DNA of 64,000 nucleotides from an uncultured Muribaculaceae bacterium (GTDB lineage Bacteria; Bacillota_I; Bacilli_A; RF39; UBA660), in the NCBI GenBank assembly GCA_964493665.1, contig CAZBOZ010000004.1:388-64387 (forward strand), written 5' to 3'. The position numbers were made by a program, and so were the translations under genes. The number at the start of each line of letters is the position of its first letter. Within the stretch, counting starts at the first letter, position 1. This document shows positions 37,771 through 48,445 of this stretch, piece by piece. The notes under the pieces were generated by a model. It ran no database searches, had not been told where the DNA came from, and saw only the letters and a program-made list of their open reading frames with translations.

Positions 37771-38401
37771 CTTCTAACCAATTATAATCAAATAAAGTCT
37801 TTTCTAAATCAGGGTTCTTTTTAACAAGATGATTTTTAACATCATCCATGGTCTTAAACCCTTTTCTACCCCATTCATAGATAATTTTATCAATATATCT
37901 TAAACTACGAACGTTATTATAAGTAGCTTCTTTTAAAGCTCCAATAATTAATTCCTCGCTAACTTTTTTGTCAAGCCAAGCATTTATTATTTCATATTCC
38001 ATGGGCGATAAAGTTCTACTAAATTCTTTTTCAAAAACTTCAAAAATGGTCTTGGTATTAGACTTTTCTTCTACTTCGCCAATTTCATCAAATATTAAAT
38101 TTTCTACATTTTCTAAACTAATAATTTCTTTTATCTTACCGTTTTCATCTTTTTCATTATTAATTTTTATTAATCCTTTACTATTTAAAGAACTAAATAC
38201 TAATAAAGCTTCCTCATTAGAATATCCTAAAGCATTATGAATATCAGTTAAGTTTAATACCTTTTCATTTAAGTTATTAAAATATATAAGTAAAATCAAT
38301 TCATCTAAAGTAACATTATGCTTTTTTAATACTTTTAAAAACCATGGTGATACACTATAACTTTTACCATTAATATATTTCATTATATTTTTATTTTTCA
38401 T
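37760..38401 (-). CDS. dnaD: DnaD-domain replication initiation/membrane attachment protein
   Basis: DnaD-like C-terminal domain with YEWGRKGFKT-type motif. dnaD-nth synteny with 11-nt overlap. Confidence 0.65.
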   Translation of the reverse strand: MKNKNIMKYINGKSYSVSPWFLKVLKKHNVTLDELILLIYFNNLNEKVLNLTDIHNALGYSNEEALLVFSSLNSKGLIKINNEKDENGKIKEIISLENVENLIFDEIGEVEEKSNTKTIFEVFEKEFSRTLSPMEYEIINAWLDKKVSEELIIGALKEATYNNVRSLRYIDKIIYEWGRKGFKTMDDVKNHLVKKNPDLEKTLFDYNWLEDDN

Positions 38402-39509
38402 AATACCACTTCTCTTTATTATTTATCAAATATTTTTTAATATCGTTTTTATTATTCTTTATCTCCTTGTTTAAAATAACATTTTTAATATCTTCAACTA
38501 TTTTTTTTATTTTTACAGATGGTTTTAAATTAAGTAGATCAATAATTTCTTTACCATTAATTTCTATATCATTATAATCATGGATAGGCATTAATTTATA
38601 TAATTTATTAATAATGATTTTATTTATACCAAGAATATCTCCAGCTATATAAGTGTGGTATAAATCATATTTAAATAAAATATTAGTATCTATTTTACCA
38701 TAATTTACAATTTCTTTAATTATTTTTATGCTGTTTTTTTCTTGGTTAGTAAAAGGATACTTATCAGAGTATTCTATTTGAGCCCACATACCCAATAAAT
38801 CATCAGTTTTTTTAACGGATTTATAACTAATCTCTAAAACCTCATCTAAACCAATTTCTTTGATAAAATTTAATCCTGTTCTATATCTTTTTGATATTAA
38901 AATAAAGTTTAATTCATTTTTCTTTCTTTGAAAAGATAAAGTACTTATTAATTTTTTGTTATTTATAATGAACTCTAAAGCTTCATCTTCTATTTTAAAA
39001 TCCAAAATAGTTGCAAAACGAATAGCCCTTAACATTCTAAGAGGATCCTCAGTAAATTTCTTTTTAATATCACCAACAACTTTTATTTTTTTAGCTTCAA
39101 TATCCTTTTTTCCATTCAACATATCAATAATATTACTCTTTTTATTCATACAAATAGTATTAATAGTAAAATCTCGTCTATTCAAATCCGTAAATAAGTT
39201 ATTAACATAATTTATTTCAGTTGGCTTTCGGTTTTGGTACTTAGATTCTTCTCTATAAGTAGTAATATCCACATTATAGTTCCCTATTTTTAATTTATAA
39301 GAGCCATAAGCATTAGTATCACTTTTTCCTAAAGGGAATATTTTAGTTATATCTTTTAATAAAGCATTTGTAATAATATCTACATCATTAGTTTTAATTC
39401 TTAGAATTTTATCTCTAACATAGCCACCGACTATGTATGCTTCAAACCCATTTTCTTCAATTTTTTTTAATATATTTTTAATACTTTGGTCCATAATAGT
39501 CACCACCAT
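38391..39509 (-). CDS. cca: CCA-adding tRNA nucleotidyltransferase
   Basis: GGYVRDKILRIKTNDVDIITNA (polymerase beta-like NT motif). 372 aa. Confidence 0.8.
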   Translation of the reverse strand: MVVTIMDQSIKNILKKIEENGFEAYIVGGYVRDKILRIKTNDVDIITNALLKDITKIFPLGKSDTNAYGSYKLKIGNYNVDITTYREESKYQNRKPTEINYVNNLFTDLNRRDFTINTICMNKKSNIIDMLNGKKDIEAKKIKVVGDIKKKFTEDPLRMLRAIRFATILDFKIEDEALEFIINNKKLISTLSFQRKKNELNFILISKRYRTGLNFIKEIGLDEVLEISYKSVKKTDDLLGMWAQIEYSDKYPFTNQEKNSIKIIKEIVNYGKIDTNILFKYDLYHTYIAGDILGINKIIINKLYKLMPIHDYNDIEINGKEIIDLLNLKPSVKIKKIVEDIKNVILNKEIKNNKNDIKKYLINNKEKWYYEK

Positions 39510-39542
39510 TTAAAAAAGATAAATCCATATTAATTATAACAT

Positions 39543-39566
39543 AAAAAAAGTTATCAAATGATAACT
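39543..39566 (-). terminator. Terminator after ezrA
   Basis: Minus strand AGTTATC-attt-GATAACT followed by TTTTTTT. Confidence 0.5.
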
Positions 39567-41289
39567 ATTTTGAATACGATTCCAAAATCCTTTTATAGGC
39601 TCCTTGATCAATTACATTTAAAGATTCAATGGCACTTTCTAAAGCTAGTTTAAAGTTTCCTTTAAAAAACATATTCTCTGCTTTAGCAAGCCCACTTGCC
39701 AAATCTTTATTAACTGGAATATATCTATTACCATAGACGATAGCTGTTTCAGCTAAATTAGCCGTTTTAACTGTCTCATTAGTTGTATTATAAAGTTTTA
39801 AAACTAAGTCTCTGGCTGTATCAACTCTAATATTTAATACTTTAATAGAAATTGGTTTTTTATCTAATTCTTTAATTATTTCTTTTATAGCATCATTAGC
39901 TTCTGATAACTCAATATAAAAATTCTTAGGTATGACAGGTAATTTAAAACTCTTTATCTTTTGTTTAGCATTTCTTAAAATACTTTTAATTTCATCTAGT
40001 TGTTCTCTAGCTCTTAATTCATCTTCTTTTAAACTTCCTAACGTCCTTAAAGCAGTTTCTAATCTTTCTTCTATTCTAATTATTTTAACATTTATAAATT
40101 CCATTTCTTTAGTTAATTTAGAATAAGAGAATAATTTATTACGATGAGTATTTATAATAGTTTCAAAATCTTTATCAATGTTATTTAAATCTTTATTAAT
40201 TTCATCTATTACTAATACATCTTCTTCAGTTAAATCATAGCTATATTTTATATCTTCGATTTTACTATATAAGCCTTTAGCAATTTTAATTAGTCTAGAA
40301 ATTTTAATAGTCAAAGTTCTGGTATATTCATCAAACAATTTTTTAGAAATTCTTTCTTTATCAAAATCATTATAAGTAGAATCAAAATAATCTAAGATAG
40401 TTTTTAATTCAAATATTGAATCTTCAACATTTAAAACATTTAATCTAGAAAATATATCTCGAATTTTTTTATCAGCTTCAGTAGCATTATAAGGAATATT
40501 TAAGTATTCTAACACATAACCTTCTTTGGTCATTTTTTGATAAATTGCTAAGATATCTTCTATTTTCCTAGGAATAATACTTTGTCCCATTAAAACTATG
40601 CTTGGAGCTTCATCTACGACAACTCTTAAATTACCAATAGTATCTCCTAAAGCTTTTACTATTTTGCCAACTTCCATATAAGAATTACTATTCATAGCAG
40701 TCTCAAAAGCCGTAAACAATTTATCAATGTTTTCAAATTGTAATTCAATTGGATCCTTTACTTCTGCATAATCATTATAACTACTTTTATATTTATTAAT
40801 AACTTCGCGATATAAAGCCTTTAATTTAGTAACATGTTCCCTATTTCTTTCCTCGCTTAAAGTTATTTCTCTTATTTCATTTAATAAATATTTGGCTTTT
40901 GTTTTTACAAAGAAAATTTCCATTTCAATATGAGCTAATTTTTTAGTTATTTCTTTTTCTTTTTTAAAAGTTAAAAAATCTTCTAATTCTAATAATTCAT
41001 CAGTTATTTTAGGAACTTCTTTATCTTTTATTTCCTTGAAACGATACTGCCAATCAGTATACATTTCTTTTAAAGTATCATTATTAATTAAATTTTCTAC
41101 TTTATTTAATTCTGATAATATTGAAGCTGATATTATTAAATTCTTTTCTCTTTCTAAAAAATCCAATTCAGCAGCAAATTTTTTGGTTTTGTTTTTCTTT
41201 ATTAAAGACAAAGTAATAACAATTAAAATAATCCCTGCTATTATAAAACTAACAATAGTTAAAATAACAGTCCCATCCACAATTATCAC
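39565..41289 (-). CDS. ezrA: Septation ring formation regulator EzrA
   Basis: N-terminal TM anchor plus about 540 aa of coiled-coil repeats. Position upstream of rpsD as in Bacillus. Confidence 0.8.
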   Translation of the reverse strand: MIIVDGTVILTIVSFIIAGIILIVITLSLIKKNKTKKFAAELDFLEREKNLIISASILSELNKVENLINNDTLKEMYTDWQYRFKEIKDKEVPKITDELLELEDFLTFKKEKEITKKLAHIEMEIFFVKTKAKYLLNEIREITLSEERNREHVTKLKALYREVINKYKSSYNDYAEVKDPIELQFENIDKLFTAFETAMNSNSYMEVGKIVKALGDTIGNLRVVVDEAPSIVLMGQSIIPRKIEDILAIYQKMTKEGYVLEYLNIPYNATEADKKIRDIFSRLNVLNVEDSIFELKTILDYFDSTYNDFDKERISKKLFDEYTRTLTIKISRLIKIAKGLYSKIEDIKYSYDLTEEDVLVIDEINKDLNNIDKDFETIINTHRNKLFSYSKLTKEMEFINVKIIRIEERLETALRTLGSLKEDELRAREQLDEIKSILRNAKQKIKSFKLPVIPKNFYIELSEANDAIKEIIKELDKKPISIKVLNIRVDTARDLVLKLYNTTNETVKTANLAETAIVYGNRYIPVNKDLASGLAKAENMFFKGNFKLALESAIESLNVIDQGAYKRILESYSK

Positions 41290-41348
41290 TTCCTTATTCT
41301 ATATAATATTGTATCATATTTAATTGTTTTAGAAAATCTTTTTTAACT

Positions 41349-41377
41349 ACTTAGAAGCTTGACATAATGGCTTCTTA
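41349..41377 (+). promoter_or_regulatory. Consensus sigma-A promoter of rpsD with long leader
   Basis: TTGACA (41349-41354), 17-nt spacer, TATAAT (41372-41377). About 185-nt leader before the rpsD ATG. Confidence 0.65.
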
Positions 41378-41564
41378 TATGTATAATCATCTGTAGCTAA
41401 TTCATTTGGCAGCATTATAATAAATTATTAATGTGTTTGTTACTTAAATAAGTTATAAAAGTACTTAGGGCTGCCCTAAAGAAATTTGTTAAACAAACTC
41501 CCTATTAAATTATTATAATAAAGACTTTTGTTTTAGAAATTTATTTATAGTTAGGAGGTGTATT

Positions 41565-42167
41565 ATGTCAAGGTATACCGGCTCTACATTTAAAAAATCT
41601 CGTCAACTAGGATTTTCTATTTTAGAAAATGGTAAAGAACTAGCTAAAAAGCCATTCGCTCCTGGAGCTCATGGTAGAGATAGAAGAAGAAAATTAAGTG
41701 AATATGGTATTCAGTTACAAGAAAAACAAAAAGTAAGATTCATGTATGGTTTAACTGAAAAACAATTTAGAAAAGTTTTTGAAAAAGCTGAAAACATGAA
41801 AGGTATTACTGGAGAAAATTTACTTGCTCTTTTAGAAAGCCGTTTAGATAATTTGGTTTATCGTATGGGTTTTGCTAAAACTAGACGTGGTGCTAGACAA
41901 TTAGTTAATCATGGTCATATTTGTGTAAATGGCAAAAAAGTAGATATTCCTTCATATACTGTTAAAGTAGGACAAGTTATAAGTATTAAAGAACAATCTA
42001 AGGAACATCCTGCTATTAAAGAAGCTTTAGAAACTACTTTAAATAGACCAACATTTATTTCATTTGATGAAAAAAGTGCTTCAGGTGCATATTTAAGACA
42101 TCCTGAAAGAACAGAATTGAATAATGAGATAAATGAATTATTAATTGTTGAGTATTACAACAGATAA
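41565..42167 (+). CDS. rpsD: 30S ribosomal protein S4
   Basis: [18 protein letters not shown]...[26 protein letters not shown]. Confidence 0.95.
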   Translation: MSRYTGSTFKKSRQLGFSILENGKELAKKPFAPGAHGRDRRRKLSEYGIQLQEKQKVRFMYGLTEKQFRKVFEKAENMKGITGENLLALLESRLDNLVYRMGFAKTRRGARQLVNHGHICVNGKKVDIPSYTVKVGQVISIKEQSKEHPAIKEALETTLNRPTFISFDEKSASGAYLRHPERTELNNEINELLIVEYYNR

Positions 42168-42197
42168 TAAAAAAGTACTATTTAGTACTTTTTTTTA
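42168..42197. terminator. Bidirectional terminator between rpsD and M16 peptidase genes
   Basis: AAAGTACTA-ttt-AGTACTTT flanked by A5 and T8. Confidence 0.6.
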
Positions 42198-43485
42198 TAG
42201 GATTTATTACCATAATAGAAATATTTTTATTTATTTTTATTTTCTTAGTAATGCTGTTTATCTCTTTAACACTTAATTTGTTTATTATTTGATAATAATT
42301 ATTTATTACTTTGCCATAATTTATCACATCACCAGTTAAAGCATTGCTTTTATTGGAAATGTTATCAAAATATAGAATCATACTACTTAATAAGCACCTT
42401 TTTTTTCTTGCCAATTCTTCTTTAGTTATATCCATTTTGCTTAATTCTTTTTTCATTATAGGAATAACTTTTTTAGGATTATTACTTTCAAAAGTTATAG
42501 TTAACACTATATTTTCTTCTTCAAAAGCAAAACTAGGATATAAAGAGCCTATTATTAAGCCTTTATTTATTAACATCTCATTCAAACTACTAGTAGATCC
42601 AAATTTAGCATCTATTATTAAACTAAAACAAAAACTTAGTTTAGGTTTAAATATCTTTTTAAAATCATTTAAAGAAAGTTTTAGTTTAATTGTGGCTTTA
42701 GGTACTTTAATGTTTTTGTATATTTCTTCATAACTTTTCTTAACATTTAAAGGCTCTTGATATTTTTTTAAACTTACTTTTTGGTATTTTGTTAATGAAT
42801 TAAATGACTTATTATTTTTTATTATTTTTAGAGCTTCTTCTTTTTTAAACTTACCAGTTATTACAATAAACATGTTATGAGGATTATAAAAAGTGTTGTA
42901 AACATTTTCTATATCTTTTAAAGTAATACTTTTCACTTCTTTTATGGTACCAATAACTGATTCTTTATATCTGTTATAATAATATAAGTTTTCTCTTGAC
43001 TTCACATTTAAATCACGATAAGGATTATCATTGTCTCTATTTATTTCCTCTATAATAATGCCTCTTTCTTTTTCAACATTATCATTTGTAAAATAAGGAT
43101 TGTTAACAAAACTTAATAGAATATTTAAATTCTCTTTAAAGTTTTTGGAACCAACAACATAATATCTAGTTTCTTTTATACTAGTAAAAGCATTAGATGA
43201 GGCACCATATTTAGCAAATTTTTCGTTTGCATCTTTACCATCTTTCTCTTTAAACATTAAATGCTCTAAAAAATGAGCTGCTCCATTTGGCAAATAAGTG
43301 TAATTTTTTTGATTAGCAGTTTTAAAACCATTATAAGCTGAACCATATTTTACTGAGTATGAAATTCTAAAAATTTTGGATTTAGAATCAGGCATTAAAT
43401 AAACTTCTAAACCATTATTTAGCTTTTCATAAAAATATTCTTCATCTATTCCTTTTATGCTATTTTTTTTCATTATTATTTTCAC
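42178..43485 (-). CDS. M16 family zinc peptidase, active subunit (HxxEH)
   Basis: GAAHFLEHLMF inverted zincin motif. 435 aa. Confidence 0.75.
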   Translation of the reverse strand: MKIIMKKNSIKGIDEEYFYEKLNNGLEVYLMPDSKSKIFRISYSVKYGSAYNGFKTANQKNYTYLPNGAAHFLEHLMFKEKDGKDANEKFAKYGASSNAFTSIKETRYYVVGSKNFKENLNILLSFVNNPYFTNDNVEKERGIIIEEINRDNDNPYRDLNVKSRENLYYYNRYKESVIGTIKEVKSITLKDIENVYNTFYNPHNMFIVITGKFKKEEALKIIKNNKSFNSLTKYQKVSLKKYQEPLNVKKSYEEIYKNIKVPKATIKLKLSLNDFKKIFKPKLSFCFSLIIDAKFGSTSSLNEMLINKGLIIGSLYPSFAFEEENIVLTITFESNNPKKVIPIMKKELSKMDITKEELARKKRCLLSSMILYFDNISNKSNALTGDVINYGKVINNYYQIINKLSVKEINSITKKIKINKNISIMVINPIKKSTK

Positions 43486-44731
43486 CTTCTAAAAAGAATA
43501 TAGTATTTATTTTAGCTTTTTTTGATACTCTTTTTATATCTTTAATAGTTGTCTTTTTTATGCCTTCTATTCTTTTTTTAATTGAAGGATAAAAGCCTAA
43601 AGAAGTCATATAATAATCATTTATCCATCTACCCTGTTTTTCGTCTATGATTTCTAAAAAATTAATCAAAAACTTTTTAGCATTACTTAATTCTTCTTTA
43701 GTTATATTGCCAACTTTCATATCGTTAACTGCCTTTTTTATTAGTTTAACGCTTTTGCTAAAGCTATTATTATTTATTCCAGCACATATAAATAAAACAT
43801 CATTAAAGGCTTTAGGAATATCATAAACATAGTAACACAAAGAATTATCCCTTCTTAGATATTTATATAATTTCCCTTCTAGTCCACCACTTAATATTTC
43901 ATTAATTACTGGCGCTGTTATTTGTCTTTCATAATTAGTTATTCCATTGGTGTTATAGCCTACCACTAAAATTGATTGATTATATTTATCCTTTTCTACT
44001 ACTACTTGTTCTTTTAAAGATTCTTTTAAAGAACTATAAAGTTTAATTTTATATTCTTTGTTGCCAACAAAAATATATCTTTTTTCTATCTCTTTGATTA
44101 TTTCGTCCATATCCAAATCACCGATAATCAAAATATCACAATTTGGATTTTTAAATGATTCTTTATAATAAGTGTATAAATTTTTAGGAGTTATTTTTTT
44201 TAAATCTTTTAAATTCCCAGGCAATGTATAATTTAAAAAAGAATCTTTATCCATTAAATTAATTGTTTTATCTAAAGCCACATCTTCAGGATCATCATTT
44301 TGAGATTTTATATTAGCTTCAATAATAGTTTTAACAGCTTTAAAACTATTATTGTCAAATTCATTGTTTTTTATATTAGGTTTATTTAAAAAGCTAAAAA
44401 CAAAATCCAACATTTCTTTTAAAACATTTTTATCACAATATTTAGGATTTAAGAAGTCAAAAATAAAAGCCGATGTTAAAACTTCTCCAGCAATTGATGT
44501 ACTAAATCCAATCCCACTATCATATAGTTCTTCTAAACGAATATTTTTGGCTATTTTAGTTGGATATTCTAAAGAGCTATAAGTAAGCAATCTATTTAAA
44601 AAACATTTTCTAGTAATATTTTCTTTCTTAATGTCCTCATTAAATATTATTTCTATATGACAATTTTTAAAACGATCAGTTTTAATTGTATATGTATTAA
44701 AATTATTTAAACTGTATTTTTTATATTTCAT
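43460..44731 (-). CDS. M16 family peptidase-like, non-catalytic subunit (no HxxEH)
   Basis: M16 fold-like N-terminus (CHIEIIFNEDIKKEN...) lacking the HxxEH motif. 26-nt overlap with the downstream active M16 gene. Confidence 0.6.
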   Translation of the reverse strand: MKYKKYSLNNFNTYTIKTDRFKNCHIEIIFNEDIKKENITRKCFLNRLLTYSSLEYPTKIAKNIRLEELYDSGIGFSTSIAGEVLTSAFIFDFLNPKYCDKNVLKEMLDFVFSFLNKPNIKNNEFDNNSFKAVKTIIEANIKSQNDDPEDVALDKTINLMDKDSFLNYTLPGNLKDLKKITPKNLYTYYKESFKNPNCDILIIGDLDMDEIIKEIEKRYIFVGNKEYKIKLYSSLKESLKEQVVVEKDKYNQSILVVGYNTNGITNYERQITAPVINEILSGGLEGKLYKYLRRDNSLCYYVYDIPKAFNDVLFICAGINNNSFSKSVKLIKKAVNDMKVGNITKEELSNAKKFLINFLEIIDEKQGRWINDYYMTSLGFYPSIKKRIEGIKKTTIKDIKRVSKKAKINTIFFLEGENNNEKK

Positions 44732-44793
44732 AAATTACCTCTTTTTAATTATAGCATATTTATTTTATGGTAAAATAAATATGGAGGAGTAAA

Positions 44794-45174
44794 ATGATAA
44801 AAGAATTTAAAAAATTTATTGCTAGAGGCAATGTAATTGACTTAGCAGTTGGAATTATTGTAGGTGGAGCTTTTTCCAAGATTGTTTCTTCTTTAGTAGA
44901 TAATATTATAATGCCTTTAATTGGGCTTATAATTGGTGGTATTGACTTTACAAAATTATCGGTTACAATAAAAGATGCTACGATTAATTATGGTTTATTT
45001 ATTCAAAACGTTGTCGATTTTTTGATTGTGGCTTTTTGTATTTTTTTAGTAATTAAGTTAATTAACAAAGTATCTAAGAAAAAAGAAGTGAAAAAAGAAA
45101 CGGCAAAAAAATCTGATGAGTTAATTGTCTTAGAAGAAATAAGAGATAATCTAAAAAAACAAAAAAAGAACTAG
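44794..45174 (+). CDS. mscL: Large-conductance mechanosensitive channel
   Basis: [51 protein letters not shown]. Confidence 0.9.
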   Translation: MIKEFKKFIARGNVIDLAVGIIVGGAFSKIVSSLVDNIIMPLIGLIIGGIDFTKLSVTIKDATINYGLFIQNVVDFLIVAFCIFLVIKLINKVSKKKEVKKETAKKSDELIVLEEIRDNLKKQKKN

Positions 45175-45190
45175 TAAATAGTTCTTTTAT
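45163..45190. terminator. Bidirectional terminator after mscL
   Basis: AAGAACT-agtaaat-AGTTCTT followed by TTTATTT. Confidence 0.5.
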
Positions 45191-45441
45191 TTATCTTCTA
45201 AGGATCTTTCAAAAGCCGGTAAACCATATTCCTGATTATAATAATTACTATGTTCATTTAAATGAGCTAAAGCAATTTTGGCTGTCATTTCTAAATCATC
45301 GTTAGTTATGTTAGTATCAGCCTCCGCTGTGCCGTGCTCTAATTCAATGTTTAATCCGATTAAAAAGTCTTCTAAACTAAATTTATCAAATTTAATATTT
45401 AATTTCTCTGCTATTTTTATTGCATCTTTTTCTTCTATCAT
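45187..45441 (-). CDS. Small acidic hypothetical protein
   Basis: 84 aa. RBS AGGTGA 4-5 nt upstream of the ATG. No recognisable motif. Confidence 0.4.
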   Translation of the reverse strand: MIEEKDAIKIAEKLNIKFDKFSLEDFLIGLNIELEHGTAEADTNITNDDLEMTAKIALAHLNEHSNYYNQEYGLPAFERSLEDK

Positions 45442-45490
45442 AATATCACCTATTTAATTATAACATGATTTTTAATTTTGAAAATAAAAA

Positions 45491-47245
45491 TTATTTGTCC
45501 TTTTCTGTTAATTCTTTTTCATATAATTCGCGGTATAATTTGTTCTTTTGATATAGTTCTTTATGATTACCTTCACCAACTATTTCGCCTTTGTCTATAA
45601 CAATTATTCTTTCACTATCCATAACAGTTGATAAACGATGAGCAATAATTAAAATAGTATAGGTTCCTTTTATATTATTAATGGCTTCTTGAATTTCCAT
45701 TTGAGTTTGATTATCTAAAGAACTAGTAGCTTCATCAAATAATATTATTTCACTATTTTTTATTAACGCTCTAGCTATAGCGAGTCTTTGTCGTTCTCCA
45801 CCAGATAACATAACTCCGCCTTCACCAATCAAAGTATCATATTTATTTGGAAGACTCATAATAAAGTTATGTAAAGATGCTTTTTTACAAGCTTTTATGA
45901 TGTCTTCATTAGTTGCTTTCTCATTTACAATTTTTAAATTTTCTTTTATAGAAAAATTAAAAATATAAGGAGATTGAGTAATAACCGTTATATTTCCTCT
46001 TATACTATCTTCATCCAATTCATCGAGATTTATCCCATCAATTAATATTTCCCCATCATTAATATGGTAAAGTCCAGTTAATAAATTAAATATAGTTGAT
46101 TTGCCACTACCACTTTTACCTACAAAAGCCGTTGTCGTATTGGCTTTTATTTTAAAACTTAAATTTTTAATAATGGCTCTATCTTCTTTATAACTAAAGT
46201 TAACATTTTTAAACTCAAAATCGCCATGAATTTTTTCTACATGTTTATTCCCAAAAGTTTCTTTTGGGTATTTTTCTTCATCTAATAATTCAAATACTCT
46301 TCCTGCTGAAACATCGAACCTTTTTACTTCTTCAACTAACTCTGCCAAAAAATCGATAAGGCCATATACTCTACTTCGATACATAAATAAGATAACAAAA
46401 CTAGCTATTGATAACACACTATTTTTAACTAAATAAATAGCTAAAATAGTAAAAGAAAAATCAATTAGGCCTTGAACCACACCTGTAAAAAGTCTATATT
46501 TATGGAATTTCATATTAGTATTATTGCGTTTCTCATGAGATTTGCTTAATTTTTCATTAACTACTTTCATCACATTTTTACCAGCGTTTAATATTTTGAT
46601 ATCTCTTAACCCTCTAACTATTTCAGTTATTAAGCTAGTATTTATTTCTTCTTGCTTACGATACTCTTTGTTAGATTCATACCAAGCTCTCATTCTGTTT
46701 TTTCTAAACCAAAATAATATTAATATTGCTATAACAAAAAACAAAAATATATATTTGTTAACAATAAATATAGCTGCCATAATTCCTACATTAGTTATAA
46801 TATTAATTAAATCTTCTCCAAGCGTTGGGAAAATATTAGCAATATCACTAGTCTCTTTAGTCATTCGATCAATAAAAACTCCAGATGAAGTTGTATCAAT
46901 TTTTTTGGTTTCAACCTTTAAAAGAGTTTTTGTAATATTACTTTGAAGGGCCAATATTATTTGACCAAATAGCATTTGTCCGGCTTTTTGAGAAAAATAA
47001 TGGAAAACATTTTTGACTATCTCTATAAAAAGGACTATTAAAGCTATATATGCTACTTGATCTAATAAATTATTAGATATTTTTAATAATGATTGAGCTG
47101 CCAAAATTGGAGTAATAGCTCCAAAAAGGCTTAATAATAATGAATATCCCAAAAAGATGAACAGCGTCTTTTTATTGCTTTTTACATATATCCAAGTTTT
47201 TTTTAAATTATTAATTGTTTCACTTTTCTTCAAAGCAATCACCAT
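45491..47245 (-). CDS. ABC exporter, fused permease/ATP-binding (multidrug/lipid type)
   Basis: Six-TM N-terminus. NBD with GKSGSGKST Walker A, LSGGERQR signature and ILFDEATSSLD Walker B. Confidence 0.8.
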   Translation of the reverse strand: MVIALKKSETINNLKKTWIYVKSNKKTLFIFLGYSLLLSLFGAITPILAAQSLLKISNNLLDQVAYIALIVLFIEIVKNVFHYFSQKAGQMLFGQIILALQSNITKTLLKVETKKIDTTSSGVFIDRMTKETSDIANIFPTLGEDLINIITNVGIMAAIFIVNKYIFLFFVIAILILFWFRKNRMRAWYESNKEYRKQEEINTSLITEIVRGLRDIKILNAGKNVMKVVNEKLSKSHEKRNNTNMKFHKYRLFTGVVQGLIDFSFTILAIYLVKNSVLSIASFVILFMYRSRVYGLIDFLAELVEEVKRFDVSAGRVFELLDEEKYPKETFGNKHVEKIHGDFEFKNVNFSYKEDRAIIKNLSFKIKANTTTAFVGKSGSGKSTIFNLLTGLYHINDGEILIDGINLDELDEDSIRGNITVITQSPYIFNFSIKENLKIVNEKATNEDIIKACKKASLHNFIMSLPNKYDTLIGEGGVMLSGGERQRLAIARALIKNSEIILFDEATSSLDNQTQMEIQEAINNIKGTYTILIIAHRLSTVMDSERIIVIDKGEIVGEGNHKELYQKNKLYRELYEKELTEKDK

Positions 47246-47320
47246 GTAGATTATAGCATAAAAATTATTGAAAAATAAACTTTTATATTATATAATTCTA
47301 AAAAGATTAGAGGTTTTTAT

Positions 47321-47791
47321 ATGTCGCTTTCAAAAGTAAAAGAGTATTTGAAAAAATATGATATGGAGGCTAGAATAATTGAATTAAATGGATCATCTGC
47401 TACAGTAGAACTTGCTGCCAAAGCTTTAGGATGTGAACCAAAAGAAATAGCTAAAACTTTAGGTTTTATAAATAATGAAGATGTAATATTAATCGTTACT
47501 GCCGGTGATGCTAAAGTTGACAATCAAAAGTTTAAAGCACAATTTAATATTAAAGCTAATATGATTCCATTTGAAAAAGTTGAAGATTTAGTTGGCCATA
47601 AGGCAGGAGGAGTTTGTCCATTTGCTGTTAATAATAATGTTAAAGTATACTTAGATATTTCGTTAAAAAGATTTAAAAATGTCTTCCCTGCTTGTGGAAG
47701 TAGCAATAGTGTTATTAAATTATCAATTAATGAATTAGAAAAACATTCTAATTATATTGAATGGATAGATGTTTGTAAAAATTGGGAATAA
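47321..47791 (+). CDS. ybaK: YbaK/ProX-family aminoacyl-tRNA editing deacylase
   Basis: AKTLGFINNEDVILIVTAGDAKVDNQKF and HKAGGVCPF, typical of Cys-tRNA(Pro) deacylase. Confidence 0.7.
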   Translation: MSLSKVKEYLKKYDMEARIIELNGSSATVELAAKALGCEPKEIAKTLGFINNEDVILIVTAGDAKVDNQKFKAQFNIKANMIPFEKVEDLVGHKAGGVCPFAVNNNVKVYLDISLKRFKNVFPACGSSNSVIKLSINELEKHSNYIEWIDVCKNWE

Positions 47792-47817
47792 AAATCATGA
47801 TTAATCATGATTTTTTT
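47789..47817. terminator. Bidirectional terminator between ybaK and HAD nucleotidase gene
   Basis: AAAATCATGAT-taATCATGATTTT palindrome followed by TTTTTTT. Confidence 0.55.
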
Positions 47818-47818
47818 A

Positions 47819-48370
47819 CTAATTTAAATTGTTAATATATTTTTCTAAATCTAACCAACTATTTACTCTATCAAGCTTTGTTTTTACATGCTCGTTGCTT
47901 AATGAATTAAATAATAAAACATTAATTCCTTTTGCTTTTATTCTTTCTAATGTTTCAATTGAATCATCTATCATAATATCTATTTTATTTGTTAAACATA
48001 CTTCTTCTTTATCCAACTTATTAAATATTATCTTATTGACTTTAATATTATGTCTTTTAAAATAATCTTTCGTTATTTTAGGAATATCATCTTTTGTTTT
48101 TGTATAGCCTCTTGCAGTTATTATAACTACTTTATGACCACTTTTTCTCAATCTATCTATAACTGGCTTTACATTTTCTTTTAATTTATAATTAGCTACC
48201 ATTTCACCTAAATGAATATCATAAAATCTAAGCAGTTCATCTTTTATTTCGCCGCCTAATATTTCTCTTACTATATTTATATCATCTACATTAAAATGTT
48301 TTTTGACATAACTAACTATTAATTCACTAGATTCTGTTATAGTATCATCTATATCTAATCCTATTGTCAT
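47819..48370 (-). CDS. HAD-family 5'(3')-deoxyribonucleotidase-like hydrolase
   Basis: MTIGLDIDDTITES (DxDxT motif), KVVIITARG and IMIDDS. The real ATG at 48370 has RBS AGGTGA at 5-nt spacing. The track's 50-aa Phe/Ile-rich N-terminal extension is read-through. Confidence 0.65.
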   Translation of the reverse strand: MTIGLDIDDTITESSELIVSYVKKHFNVDDINIVREILGGEIKDELLRFYDIHLGEMVANYKLKENVKPVIDRLRKSGHKVVIITARGYTKTKDDIPKITKDYFKRHNIKVNKIIFNKLDKEEVCLTNKIDIMIDDSIETLERIKAKGINVLLFNSLSNEHVKTKLDRVNSWLDLEKYINNLN

Positions 48371-48445
48371 AAATTCACCTAAAAGTATTATATCATCATA
48401 AAAGAAAATATGATAAAATAAATTTATAATAATAGGAGGAATAAA

